Below, piece after piece: positions 12,623 to 26,010 of a DNA stretch of 64,000 nt (the stretch's first letter is position 1; each line of letters begins with the position of its first letter). The stretch lies in the NCBI RefSeq assembly GCF_006345805.1, contig NC_043012.1:32674001-32738000 (forward strand). The letters are read 5' to 3'. The notes below the pieces were generated by a model, which saw nothing but the letters and a program-made list of their open reading frames with translations, did no database searches and was not told the origin of the DNA. A program made the translations under genes and the position numbers. The DNA comes from Octopus sinensis. Its lineage: Eukaryota.

Positions 12623-13110
12623 CATCATCATCATCATCATTGTTTAACGTCTGCTTTCCATGCTAGCATGGGTTGAACGATTTTTACTGAGGGCTGGCGA
12701 ACCAGGTGGCTGCATCAGGCTCCAGTCTTGATTTGACAGTGTTTCTACAGCTGGATGCCCTTCCTAACGCCAACCACTCCGAGTGTGTAGTGGGTGCTTT
12801 TTACTGTTTTGGTTTGGTTTTTACAGCTGGATGCTCTTCCTAATGCCAACCACTTGACACAGTGTACTGGGTGCTTACAGAGTATACATGGCTCCATCAC
12901 CAATACTTTTTACATGGCACTGGCACCAGTGTTTTTAAGTGGCTCCAGCACCTGTACCAATGCTTTTTACATGGCATCTTGGATTTAGGATCTCAATCCT
13001 GTTGTGAGTAAGTCTCCTTAAGTACAGTAATGTGTTGCCTATCTCAGTCCTTTCATCTCCTTCATAAGGCTCAGCATTTCTGAGATTGGCCTTCAATACT
13101 TCATTTCTCA
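12623..13110 (-). mobile_element. RTE 3'UTR copy followed by an older RTE 3'UTR variant
   Basis: (CAT)n tail. The CAGCTGGATGC.CTTCCTAA motif occurs twice. Confidence 0.75.
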
Positions 13111-13127
13111 TCTAAAACAAAAATCAA

Positions 13128-13911
13128 AAGAGATGTTCATGATTGGATTGCATTTAATTGTGGATCACTACTCTCTCTCTCTTTCTACACTCTCGGAGTG
13201 GACCCTACACTCTTGGAGTGGTTGGCGTTAGGAAGGGCATCAAGCTGTAGAAACTCTGCCAAATCAAGATTAAAGCCTGGTGCAGCCATCTGGTTCGCCA
13301 GCCCTCAGTCAAAATCGTCCAACCCATGCTAGCATGGAAAGCGGACGTTAAACGATGACGACAACGACAACGACGAAATATAAACAGGTTTTTACTGTAA
13401 TCAGGACAAATAAAAGCAAATCAAGTCAAAACTGCACTCTCTGGAAGATTTATGTATCTGTGGCTGACTGGTGAACTCGTGTATTGAAAGTATTAACCTC
13501 ACCTCTTACTTTCCCATCACCTTTTCGTCCACTTGCACAAGGTGAATGTTGTTAGTTCAGCTTAACTTCAGTTATTAGCAAAACATAAAGTGAGATTAAC
13601 ACTAAATGCTAATACGTGTATGTGTCATTGGCATTTATAAGTTTATATGAAATTGTGTTAATAGCTAATTAATAATTTATTTCCCTGTTAGCAATATGAT
13701 AATTTATTTACAAATTTGAAGTGGTTTTATATATTACTGAGTGTGGTTTAGTTGATTTCATTACCACCAGTACATGTGTCACTAGAAGGATGACAAACAA
13801 AGTCAGCTCCTGTGAGATTTGATCTCAGAATATAGAGAAACTTGGCACTATGAAGAGATGTTCATGATTGGATTGCATTTAATTGTGGATCACTACTCTC
13901 TCTCTCTTTCT
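13128..13911. repeat. Exact 59-bp direct repeat (13128-13186 and 13853-13911) enclosing an RTE 3' tail (13187-13375) and about 477 bp of other sequence
   Basis: AAGAGATGTTCATGATTGGATTGCATTTAATTGTGGATCACTACTCTCTCTCTCTTTCT is present twice, 725 bp apart. Confidence 0.9.
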
Positions 13912-14025
13912 CTCTAACTCTCTCTCTTTCTCTAACTCTCTTTCTCTCTAACTCTCTCTCTCTAACTCTCCCTTTCTTTCTCTCTAACTCTCCCTCTCTC
14001 TTTCTCTCTAACTCTCTCTCTCTCT
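13896..14025. repeat. (CT)n minisatellite punctuated by CTAA
   Basis: About seven CTCTAACTCT units. Confidence 0.85.
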
Positions 14026-14056
14026 GTTGATATCCCTGATGACTAGCTTCAAGGGA

Positions 14057-14273
14057 TTAACTCTTTAGCATTCAATTTACTCTGTCTAATGTAACACTTA
14101 TTAACACAGTTTTGGATTAATCATGCAAAATATTTTAACTTTGAGTGTTTGATGATGTGATCGTTAATTTTTGAATAACAATGTAGGATAGGTTTGAGAA
14201 GCCAGATCTGGGCGGTTTCAAACAGGTAGACTATTTGGGCCTCATATGGCCAGTTTAAATGCTAAAGGCTTAA
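14057..14273. mobile_element. piggyBac-like non-autonomous MITE
   Basis: TTAA-CTCTTTAGCATT ... AATGCTAAAGGC-TTAA ends. A related partial copy is at 33403-33570 and a TIR end at about 29280-29302. Confidence 0.75.
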
Positions 14274-14355
14274 ACTTCAGACTGTTATTATCTTTAGTTC
14301 AGCAATTCACCCTTTCTGCCAACCTACCATCTTCTGCAATAAAATAAATAATAAA

Positions 14356-14760
14356 CATCATCATCATCATCATCATCATTTAACGTCCGTTTTCCATACT
14401 AGCATGGGTTGGACGGTTCGACCGGGATCTGGGAAGCCATGGAGGCTGCACCAGGCTCTAGTCTGATCTGGCAGTGTTTCTACAGCTGGATGCCCTTCCT
14501 AACGCCAACCACTCCATGAGTGTAGTGGGTGTTTTTTATGTGCCAGGTGAGGCTGGCAAATGGCCACGGTCAGTTGGTGCTTTTACATGTCACAGACACA
14601 GACAACAGTCAGGCAGCGCTGACATCTGCCACGTTCGGATGGTGCTTTTTACGTATCACCGGCATGAGTGTCTTAACTACAATTTCCATTTGAATTTTTA
14701 TTTTGATGCTGATGTACTTGACTCAATAGGTCTCCTCAAGAACAGCGGGTCACTCTACGA
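14356..14760 (-). mobile_element. RTE 3'UTR copy
   Basis: (CAT)n tail and the standard 3'UTR motifs. Confidence 0.8.
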
Positions 14761-15129
14761 ACACTTACAATAAATTTCCTAAATTAGTATTTAATGACTT
14801 TGTGCACCCTGAATATATGTCAATGTCAGAAAATTGCAGGGATCAAAAGAATTTTGGCAGGAATTGAGCAACAAAAACCTTGGCACTAAACTTATCAGCA
14901 ACAGACAACTTCTGTCAATTTTGGTATTTTTTGCACAACTGTTCATCATTCCTTTAAAATAACATAGAAGCATTTCCTTTGATATAGATATGATCCTGCC
15001 GACTCTGATACGACATCTCTGTTATTTCAATGTAATCAGAGCACAACACTGTTTTTATATCATCCACTGCCTCTCATGTTCTGGCAAACAAAACAGTCTT
15101 TACTGATGGAAAGCTTCACATTAACCCAT

Positions 15130-15695
15130 ACCCAACCCGCTGACATGAAGCTGATAATTGTGAGTTTGATGTTGTTTGCAATGAAGAAGTTTACAGACTC
15201 TCTGTTCAGTAGAGTAATATTGATGATAGCAGTGGAGATAATAATAGTGGTGGCAGCGATGCCGGCAGTGGTGGTGATGGCAGTAGTAGTTGTTGTTGTT
15301 TTGGTGGTGGCAGTGGTGATATTTGGTAGCGGTGGTGGTTGTCGGCATTGTGATGGTGCCAGTTATGATGATGATGTTGGTGGTTATGATGAAAATATAT
15401 GGTTGTGGCAAGAACAGAAACGTTGATGAGGATGGCAGTTGTTGTTGTTGGTAGCAATGATGATGGTGAAGGTACCATTGGTGGTGGTGGTCGTGGCTGT
15501 AGAGGTTGTAGAAGTGGTAGTGATAATGATAGAGATGATGGTGATGAGGGTAGAGTTGGTGAGGAGTGATAAGATGAAGGTAATTATTATCCTCCTCCTC
15601 ATCATTATCAACTACTACTATTACTACTACTGCTGCTGCTGCTACTACTACTACTACTAGTACTACCACCACCACCACCACCACCCAGTGAAATG
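15130..15695. repeat. Compound trinucleotide low-complexity tract (GTG/GAT/GTT/TAC/TGC/CAC)
   Basis: Seen directly. It explains the poly-V/H/T ORFs in the track. Confidence 0.9.
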
Positions 15696-16176
15696 ACAAA
15701 TGAATGGGTACAATTTAAAGAAAAGACTGTTTAGTGTTACCAGGGACACTTCTCTAAAACTGGTTTTGATAAAACACACCCAGTGAACACTGTAAAGTGG
15801 TCGGTAAATGAACAGCGACAGCATAGAATACAGAGCTTCTTTAGTCCAGCGGAAGACACGGCCACCTCTTTAATGCTGGTGTCATGTTAAATACACCAGT
15901 TTACTGTGCAAAAGTGGTTGGTGATAGGAAGGGTATTCAACCATTGAACACATTCCAAAAACAGAATGTACAAGTGAGATGTGGTCTCTGGACAGCAGAT
16001 GAAAATGCAGAAGATAGCTGCACTGTCCTCTTTGCATCTCACTGTTTCATTACAATCAGAGTACGACTCTGTTTTCACATCAATTGCTGCTGAGATTTTA
16101 GTAACAACATAACAGACTTTGCTGATAGAATTTCCACAATTACTCCAAACAAACCTCCTGTTCCATGGCTCCATGT

Positions 16177-17060
16177 ACAGGGTGTTTGGGATAAATTTGA
16201 TGATTTTTTTTTCCGTCTGCTTTATTCAGGGACAGTCAACAGCATTGAAGAGCATTAAAGATTAAAGTTGTTGTTGAGAAAAAGTAAGTTGACATGGAAG
16301 ATTGGAAGTCATCTGAATTCCTGGAAAATAGTTACCTATATCATAATGATTTGGGCTGGGTACCAAAATGCCAACATTATGATTGCTGCTCAATGCTCTG
16401 CAAACATTGTAAAGGTTGTAAGATTTGGCATGGACAGCTGCAATGGAGACTATAAAGCTATGGCCAGCAGGAAGGGACACAGCAAGTGTTCTGACTGCAT
16501 TTGCATGCCAAAATTCATTCCCACATCTTTGATTAGAGCCTTTGGCTGAATTCAGATTGCTATGTGAAGCTGCTGGAGACTGTGGTCAAATCCTGGCTGG
16601 AGAGATTGCTGCTGGAAGGCCATATAGATGGGAGTAGGATTTGGCTCCTTGCCATACCTATGAAAAGTGCCAAAAGTCGTTGCTGGAGAATTTCTACAAT
16701 TTCACCATTCCCAATTTTCTGTCCACTTAATTTCTCTGATTGCAATTCCATGGATTATTATTTGTGAGGTATGGTTGGGAAAGACCCTAACCACTCTGCC
16801 TCCAATACCAAGGCTGAGATGGTGGCCAAGATCAAGGTAATGTTTGATGATCTTTCTAAGGACACTGAGGAATGCAGGCGCCAGGTTCCAAAGCCATCTT
16901 GAGGTTGTGGTGGAAGTGGAGGATGGCTACTTTGGATAAACCGTTATCTTTCAGCCATAACCTAGTTGATGTTTTATGATTTTTTTAAATACTTTTATTT
17001 TTGGATGGGATATGTTTTCTTTTCCTTTTATGCAAACTGTCAAATTTAGCCTGAATAACT
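16177..17060 (+). mobile_element. Internally deleted Tc1/mariner (maT/DD37D-like) transposon remnant
   Basis: TA-CAGGGTGTTTGGGATAAATTTGA left end and a decayed TCAAATTTAG.. right end. Peptides WLER.AAGRPYI..QD.APCHT and NFCPLNFSDCNSMDYY correspond to the WPPNSPDLNP.DY motif. Confidence 0.8.
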
Positions 17061-17589
17061 TACGTGTTCTGACTAATGAGTTCATCAAACAGAGTGGAAT
17101 GTATTTTACAAGATGTTAATATAATGATTGTGAGTGGTTTAGAAGGAATTGTATAATATAGTATTCCAAGCATATATATGAAGAATAAATTTTCGTACAA
17201 GGAAGAAGATTGGTGACCATTGCCCTTGCAGGTTTTTCAAGACAAATAAGGTTTGATATAATTTATGTTCAGCTCAAACATCTGGAGATTATGTAAGTAA
17301 AGTGTGATGGACAGCTTGAAAGTAGAATTGGCTTGGTAGTTTTACCAAGCCGATGGCAAACTTTTCAAATATGAAATTCAGTTGGGATTATCTCATGTAA
17401 AATGATAAACCATTTTCTTTCCTCTTTTGTCCAACCAATAATAACTGTTGCGTAGTAGAAGAATGTTTGTGAATTTGTCATTGAATAACATCAATAGAAT
17501 TGGTAGAGATAAGAAATCATTCTTTTGAAATTATATGAGCAGAATCGTTAGGTCATTTGCATCTGGATGGAAATAGAAATAGAGAGGGC

Positions 17590-17900
17590 AGCTATCCTAT
17601 CAAAAGACAAAATTAGCCGAGTAATTTTGACAGCTGGTCTTGAATTCCTCTGTTTTGGCTTGGAGGACAAAGATGAAAAGAAAGGGACCAAGAACTGAGT
17701 CTTAAGGAATGCCTACTTGTACACCAAATCCATCATTGTACTCATGATTAACAGTGACAGAGCCTCTGTACATGGTCTGTATTATTTTCACAAGCTACTC
17801 ATCTACCCCTAGCTTCCTCAGAGCCCATCATATCACACAACAGGGTACTCTATCAAAAGCTTCTGAGTCTAGGGGAAATAGTTATGATGGTTTTGTCTGA
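17590..17900 (-). mobile_element. Degraded RTE RT fragment
   Basis: GTCTTGAATTCCTCTGTTTTGGCTTGGAGGAC matches the LQAITEEFKT region of the other copies. Confidence 0.55.
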
Positions 17901-18759
17901 GATCTAGATAGGACAACAAATTTATCTTCTATGTATTCAACCAGTGTCTAGAGATCATTGACCAGTGGAATAGTGTTAAATCATTGCCATCACATGTAGA
18001 AAATATTTTAGTATCACTTTGCCTGCCTGCCTGCCCAGCATTATAAGTATAAACAAGGAAAGGAAAAATGACATAGGATCATTAATGTGTGGTTTGATGC
18101 CCAATTTGTACAGCAATATCACATTATCTCCGTTGGGTGTCCTAATAAACAATTGATTTTACTTTAGTGAGAAAGTAGTTGTTTAATTAATTTCAGATGG
18201 CTTCAGTGTATTCAGTAGGAAAAATACTCTAACACCTTATAACTGTGTCTATAGCTTATGTTGCTGCATTCTCATGGCTTGGTTTTTTCTTTGCGCTTGT
18301 CATCTGCTGAATAAAAAGCTGACTAAGAAGCAGGCCAGTCATGTGACTTTCAAGAGGAGAAACATCGTTAGTTCATTATTTGCTTCTCTTTCATTGTGTT
18401 GTACATCTTAACAAACTGTTGTATAATTATTCATTAAATATGACAATCACCTCCCACTCTCCCATTTCCTTATCTTTCCCACATACAGTCTTGCAGACCT
18501 TCACTCATTACTACTCACTTTGTGCCTTAAGGCATCACTTAAAAACCTCATCCCCCACTATATATATATCTCCTTGGAGACACCACCATTTCATTCACAC
18601 TCTCTTTCCTAAATGAAACTATCTATATAGCTCCCCTACGACATGAACCAGCTCTATCCTCATCTATACTCGCATACCTCAACCCTCATTTAACATTAGT
18701 ATGCACCCCACCCCATTCCTTGAATTTTGTTGATTTGTGAGCTGTATGGTGACTTCAAT

Positions 18760-19135
18760 TGTGCCTCTGGCAAGAAAAATGTTCCCAGTATACACTGTAA
18801 AGTGATTGGCACCTCTTGTGTGTCCATAGGATGTTCTAGGACACCATATAAAGAAATTCCTACCTACACTTTTCCTACATACCAAACAAAGCCGTTTACC
18901 TGATGGCCCTGTTCAATGTTTTTTTTTTTATTAAAACCTTAGTCTTTGCTTAGTCAACCTTTAGGCCCTTGGATTCCAGGTTTTGCTTCCACACCTGGAA
19001 TTTCTTTTCTAGTTCTGTCACAGAATCTGCTATGAGAGCAAGATCATCAGCATATAGCAGTCCCCAGGGACAGCTGGTCTTGAATTCTTCTGTTTTGGCT
19101 TGGAGGACAATGATGAAAAGAAAGGGACAAGAATA
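18760..19135 (-). mobile_element. Older RTE RT fragment with YADD and a decayed PHD-like insert
   Basis: PWGLLYADDLALIADS..LESKGLKVD, then CLVCRKSVGRNFFIWC..WTHKRC across frameshifts. Confidence 0.8.
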
Positions 19136-19141
19136 TACATG

Positions 19142-19217
<76 letters not shown>

Positions 19218-19218
<1 letters not shown>

Positions 19219-19285
19219 CAGGCATAGCTGTGTGGTAAGAAGCTTGCTTCCCAACTGCATAGTTCTATGTTCAGTCCCACCATGT
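19218..19285 (+). mobile_element. CORE SINE S3 head fragment after an (AT)n tract (19136-19217)
   Basis: CAGGCATAGCTGTGTGGTAAGAAGCTTGCTTCCCAAC matches the S3 head. Confidence 0.65.
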
Positions 19286-22069
19286 GAAATGCAGTAGGGC
19301 TTGAAAAGATAGTGATCATGTTTGAATACTTACAATACATGTTTACACTAAATACTATGTTGACTTGTTTGTTGAACAATATGGTAAATATTCTAAGAAG
19401 AATTTAATGCAATGTTGTTACGCACATCATAGAACTGTTGATAAGATAAGAACTAGAGACTGATGAAGTGAGATAAAAAAAAAAAAACTTTATCCAATCA
19501 GCCATTGAGACTCTCCATATTTATGTTATATTACAACCTACAAAGAAACTCATAATAAAATGTAAAATGTTGTTAGTAAATTCTGTAGAAACGGTTACTG
19601 AAAAGAGAAAATAAAATTTACAAATTTTATTTTAACAAACAAAAAAATTAATAAGTTCAGAAACAAACTTATATTTTCCTCCTTTTTTTTTCTTTTGGTG
19701 TGTCTATTAACTTTTTCTTGCTTTTAATACTCTCTGTTAATGTTAAATTCATTTTATAAAATGATTTTTTTTTGCTTTTCACATCTATTGCAAATAAACT
19801 CTTTGATATGATCTTATTGGCAAATGTTATTTCCAAACAATCAAACAAGATAAATCGAAAGCATATTTAACTTATATAGGTTATGTATAAATTAATGATG
19901 GCGATTCCACTTGACTGCATGCTGATTTCAATGAGATGATTACTGTTTTTTCGCCAGTCAAAATTCTCTCAAAACCACATGTATTTACATCAATACACAT
20001 TCATACAAACACACATACAACCACACACACACACACACAGCTCCACACATTAATGCATACACTTGCACAGACATATAATGATTTAATATCAATTGTCTTA
20101 CAACTAAGAGTTTGAAAAGAATTATCAAAGAAACAATCTCTTTTTATTTGAAAAGAGGTAAAAAAAAAGTGTAAAAAAAGAAATTGAAACACGAGAAAAA
20201 TTTATATAAAATCTTACCAAATACCGAATATTTACTTGGAAGCTTGAATGGCCATTTTTTCATAGATATTAAAAGAATTCTCTCATCTGAGTTAATCAGC
20301 TGCACTCAGCAATTTGGAAGGAAATTCGATCAATATTCTACCAGAATATAGCAATGTGTTGAGCCAAATAGAAGGAATATGAGTCACTATTTCTGTTGGC
20401 GAGGAGAGAGAAAGAGGGAGAGAGAGAGAGGAAGAGAGAAAGAGGAAGAGAGGGAGAGAGAGTAATTTGTGATCGTTTCATGTATACAACTGATATTTCT
20501 TGGAAACAGTTAATTCTTTGAATTATCATCTGAAAACACACAGCCAGCAACCATATTATCAATGCCGCATAGACAAAATAAGCCATAACTTATCAACAGA
20601 ATGAAGAAACTGAATAAATGTATTGAATGATTAGGAATGGAATAATAAAAGAGTTTTGTCTCAATGTTTTTATCCTCTCTTTAGAATCATTACTTTAGTA
20701 ATTTGTAAATTAAACAAAAAAAATTATTTTGTTCAATTTGTCTTGCTTTTGTTGTTGCCAAAAATATCATTTATTCAAATTTCAAAATACCACTTTGTGC
20801 TCTGTCATAGTCAGTGGCAGCATCCTGCCAAATGTTGAACAGTCATAGGTGGGTGGGGGGACTGTTTATAATATCTCAGCATTCTGAAAATTAAATTTAA
20901 AGGTTTGAAATGAAGTCATTTCAGCAGTGTGATTCAAAAGGTTTGTTTTAGTGACTAACATGAGTCAACTTTTGAAAATTCATTTTCATTCCATTCAATT
21001 AATTGATCTCCCACCACCACCACCAACACCACCATGCACCAACGACCCCACCAACACCATGCACCAACGTCCCCACCACAACCACCACAAACACTAGCAG
21101 CCAATGAACCATCCCATACAAACATTAGCCACCTACATAACCAGTGAATTAACTTTTGAAGGGAAATTTTTCCTTGTTAATGATATCAAATACAAGACAT
21201 ACATGAGCACACATACATATACACACAAATATTTACACACACAATTGTATACATGTGTGTGTGTGTATATATAATTTGTCAAATAAGATGAACCAGATGT
21301 CATTGACTGTATTTCAAATGCAACAAAAATTAGGATGTACAATTAGAGAATAGGTGACCTCAGACATGAAGGATGGTTATACATACAGAATTAATATATT
21401 AAACAAATATATACATACATAAATACACATACTCATATAAATCCACACACACACAAGCATGCACACATGCATGCACACACATGCACACATGTATGCATGC
21501 ATACACGCATGCACACATGTACACACAAATACACACACTCATCGTACATGGTGGCTGTCAAGTCATAGATGAATATGACCACCACTGACAATTGCTAAAA
21601 TGCCCATGCTTGTACAACACCATTTAGATTCTTCCCTACAAAACCAAAGTCACCCAGAAACAAACAAGAGCAAGATCTCTGGCTTTGCAATGATGTGGGT
21701 GTTATTTTGAAATTTCCTTCTCCTAGAGAGGTGTCTAAAGAAAAACTAGGGAGTCTCTCACTGCCAGCTGTTGGATGGCCATTGACTCTACAGTTCATTT
21801 AGCCTTTTACAAGTTTTATTTTTCATCAAATTGGGTGTTACACCTTAGTAATGAAATTACCACAAAGTAATGAAAAAAAACACTCTCCTTATCAAAAGGG
21901 CTTGGTAGGGTTGCTGGTTTGGTTGCTTAACCATATGACAGGTTGTATTGGGTTATATGTTACAAGTAGTACCAATAGTTGACATGACATAACATAACAT
22001 AACATAACATAAAATAACATACATACATACATACATACATACATACATACATACATACATACACACATA

Positions 22070-22560
22070 CATCATCAGAAGTTGCCTCAAAATGTCTCTG
22101 GGATACTTTCTGCCCCTGAAGCATGATATAGTTGCAAAGACTATTCACAACGCTATCTGTGTGGAAGGACTGCCCTGATGTATACATCAAAGGCATGTCA
22201 GAACTAGCAGGTATTCACACCTTTAAAAACAAGGAATGCTGGTGGAACACCCAAATAAAAACATCAATTCAGTGCCAACAAAACAGACCTGATATAGTTC
22301 TGTGGGACAAGGAACAAAAGTCATGCACTGATGGAAAAATTAATGCAGAACTTTCAGCTCTTGTACTTGAATTATGAATTTTCATTTGTACCTATCATCA
22401 TAGGTGAGTTAAGCTATGTAGCGTCAAATTTGTACAGAAACCTAGAAATACTCTGTTTCATGAAGAAAGAACAAATGAAATTGATGTGAATTCTCCAAAT
22501 CAATTGTGTTAGTGGCACAGTGAAGATCTGTAAGACATTCCAAAAGTGCTCAGAGATTCC
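22070..22560 (+). mobile_element. R4/Dong-like LINE 3' fragment with restriction-like endonuclease domain
   Basis: CPK-like zinc-knuckle remnant, LKHDIVAKTIH (RHD motif), CWWNTQI..NRPDIVLWDKEQK and FVPIIIG. Adjacent to a (TACA)n tract. Confidence 0.75.
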
Positions 22561-23459
22561 TATGTGAATAGATGCATACAGCTGGGTGTATACATTGACA
22601 GTTCAACCAACACACCAAATCAACTACATATTTAAATACACCAGGAACTCCCTTAACTCAAAAAGTCTTGTCACTTTGTTAGCAACCTTGTTGAACTCTC
22701 TAGAAGAACTTAAATTAAACTCCAAGAAAAACAAACAAACAACCATACAAACATACATAAATAAATAAATCTCTATATATATAAACAACAAAATGTCTGT
22801 GTGTGTGTGTGTGTATCCTTTATACAAATCCACAATTTCTCAGTTAGAGGGCTTGCACTTACTATGGTCATTCAAAACCGTCCAAGGGTGGTCATGCACA
22901 TCTTTACATTTCCCCAGTCACCCCGCAAAGCCATTAAAAAATCAATAGAAGTGACTTTTTTGTGAATTTTCTATCCAAAACCCAATCAAAATGCCTGAAA
23001 CTTGATATGCCAATTGAATGCCAGCTGTATGTGATTGGTCAGAGATTTGGACAGCACTCGCATGTATGTGCACACGCACACAGCTGTATATGCATGCAGT
23101 AGCACTATGACCTGGCGTTGCTGGGTCATAGTGCTAGTAAATAAATAAATCGATAAATAAAATTCAGGTAATATCATATCTGATAATATAAGATAACAGA
23201 TATAAACAATTAGTGCTTAGGTTGACTTGCTGCCTAAACGTCAAACAGGAGCTGCAGCTAAAGAAGTAGGGATGCTATAGCTGGTTAATGAAGATTGGCT
23301 GTAGACAGTGTTTTAATCATGTGAGTATGTAAGTAATAGAATAAACATATAAAGAAACAAATAACTGATATCGAGTCAAATTATGACATTTACATATCTA
23401 AAAATTGATGCAACATGAGGGTAGAATTGAATGTTACAGGAGTTTAGATCACACCTCCA

Positions 23460-23830
23460 CCGTCAACATTTAATGTCCGTTTTTCATACTGGCATGGGTT
23501 GGAGAACTTGACAGGAACTGACAAGGCCAGGTGCTGCACCACGTTCCATAGTGTGTTTTGGTAGGTTTCTACAGCTGGATGTCCTTCCTGATGCCAACCA
23601 TTTTACAGAGTGCATGGGGTGCTTTTTTCATGTGGCACCAGCACCCTCACCAATTTATTTTACATGGCTCCTTGGTTTTAGATTCTCGATTCTGTTGTGG
23701 TGGGCATGTTTTCTTGAGAACCGCAATGTGCCACATATCTCAATCCTCTTTCATCTCCTTTAAAAGGCTCAGCATCGTGAGCTTCAATACTTTGTCCCAT
23801 GTCTTTCTGGGTCTCCCTGATACGCAACTT
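23460..23830 (-). mobile_element. Older RTE 3'UTR variant reaching the ORF end
   Basis: CATACTGGCATGGG and CAGCTGGATGTCCTTCCTGATGCCAACC motifs. Confidence 0.65.
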
Positions 23831-24984
23831 CCTTTCACTTTAAGGTCAATAAAAGATTAGTTGAGTTATATTTATAATGGTTACTGTATATGCTGGTACT
23901 ATTTAAATTTAATTTAATTTAATCATTGCATCATAATTATGTACCTATATATTTCATGTTGTTTATCTTAATGAAACAGTTGTCGAACACAAAGTATGAA
24001 CTTTACATGAAGCTTATACTTTTCTGCTTTTATTGTAAATATGTTGCTCTTAAAGACTGTTTTAACGAATTATGTAGATACATGCAAGTTGCTCCAACTT
24101 GGATATTCTGCAATATAATATGTTGGAGTTTGACTACCTGTTATTAATTGAGCTCTTATTTGCCATAGATTTCTTTTGTTACATTTACACTTCAATTGTC
24201 TACATGGGTAACAGGGCAAATATTAGGTTTCACAGACATTCAGTGTATCAGTAGTTTTAAGGAAGAGATAATATAAGTTAATACAAGTGAATAACATTAA
24301 GGATCGTGAAATAAACATAAAGTAGATAAGGGTATCAAGTGGATGTCAGTATAAGGTAGAAGGAATGATAAAAGATAAATGAAAATAAAGAAAGAAATAA
24401 AAACAAACAGATCTTTAAACATTTATACTTTATAACACACCCTCACCGTATGCAAAATAGGCCAGATGTAAACATACATAAACAATAGATAAACTAACAG
24501 CAATAAATTTATAGAGGGAGACATACTTAAATAAACATATGCACTGCCGGGGGGGGGGGGGGTAGAGACTATCCCACATATGTACTGAAGTACATTCACA
24601 TCACCCTTATCACTAAATGCAAGCTATACATTTATCTACACAGATATATACACACACACATGGATAGACACATGCACAAATGTACATGTATATATAAATA
24701 TAAATAAACGGGTGTATGTATATGTGTGTATATATATATATATAATGTGTGTGTATGTATAATTATATATATATATAGTCAGTAGTCAATGAAAATTCTC
24801 ATATCTTCCATTTGTGTGTGTGTATGTGTGTGTGTGTATACATACATGTATATAAATATATATGTGTATATCTATGTGCATACACATATTTACACACACA
24901 CACACATATCAGCTATTTGAGAACAAAACTTTTGAGAACCATAAGTGACACACACTTTAACAAAATATCTTCTCTTATTTTTAT

Positions 24985-26010
24985 CATCAACATGGAAGCA
25001 TCAAATGTAATGCAAACAATGAAAGGCACGCCATTCTCATTGCCTTAGCATCCAAGCACAATGGTTCTGAGACTGTAATAACATTAAATGTTGCAAAGTC
25101 CTTCATATTTAAAACCAGAAAAGAGTTCCTGGCCTCTGGTGGGAATGTCTTCCACAGCCAAAAATAAAAACGTTCTTGACAGTCAAACATCATCATCATC
25201 GTTTAACGTCCGCTTTCCATGCTAGCATGGGTTGGACGGTTCGACCGGGGTCTGGGAAGCCAGGAGGCTGCACCAGGCTTAAGTCTGATCTGGCAGTGTT
25301 TCTTCAGCTGGACGCCCTTCCTAACGCCAACCACTCCATGAGTGTAGTGGGTGGTATTTACGTGCCACCAGCACAGGTGCCAGGAGAGGCTGGCCACAGC
25401 CATGATCGGTTGGTGCTTTTTACATGCCACCGGCATGGAAGCCAGTCAAGGTGGTGCTGGCATCGACCATGTACGGATGGTGCTTTTTACGTGCCAGGGG
25501 AGGCAGGCAACAGCCATGATCAGTTGGTGGTTTTTACGTGTGACTGACACGGAAGCCAGTCAAGGCGGCTTTGGCTTCCGTGTCGGTGGCACGTAAAAAA
25601 AACTACCAACCAATTGTGGCCATTGCCAGCCTCCCCTGGCACCTGTGCCAGTGGAAACTGAGTTCATCCAAAAATTCTTGGGCATCCTCAACAAAACTTC
25701 TAGCAAGTCTGTGAGGGTCGCTGCCAACTATTCCCATGTGTCAGAGTTAACAATTAGAGGTGTGGTGCATGAAAACATCATGTACAAATCCTATTTTATT
25801 AGAAGGGAGCAGTTCATATCTGATAAACCCTGGGAGATATGTGTAATCTGGTTGGGTTGAAGCACTTACCAGAGAAACTCAAGCACCCTGAAGAGCCAGA
25901 CATGCTCTGATTCTCAGATGAACTTTCTCCACGATCAAAAAGTGAACAGGAGGAATGACAGATGGTTGTGTATCAGCCCCACTGATGTTCCCACTGTTAT
26001 GCACACCTAG
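24985..26010 (+). mobile_element. maT/DD37D-like mariner transposase remnant interrupted by an RTE 3'UTR (25188-25640, -)
   Basis: HAILIALASKH.. N-terminus before the insert. After it: EFIQKFLGILNKTSSKSVR..YKSY, SDE and KVNRRNDRWLC. Confidence 0.8.

Noticed and set aside
15076-15699. Long poly-V/H/T ORFs (also 30077-30314, 37031-37733, 58864-59173)
   Set aside because: Translations of microsatellites with no coding evidence.
20262-20350. Possible terminal exon DIKRILSSELISCTQQFGRKFDQYSTRI*
   Set aside because: Short, no homology recognised, and expected by chance in 64 kb.
21560-21800. ORF 21595-21798 (-)
   Set aside because: Contains CTAGGAGAAGGAAA, typical of RTE-type 5'UTRs. More likely an old LINE leader than a gene, and too weak to list as a feature.
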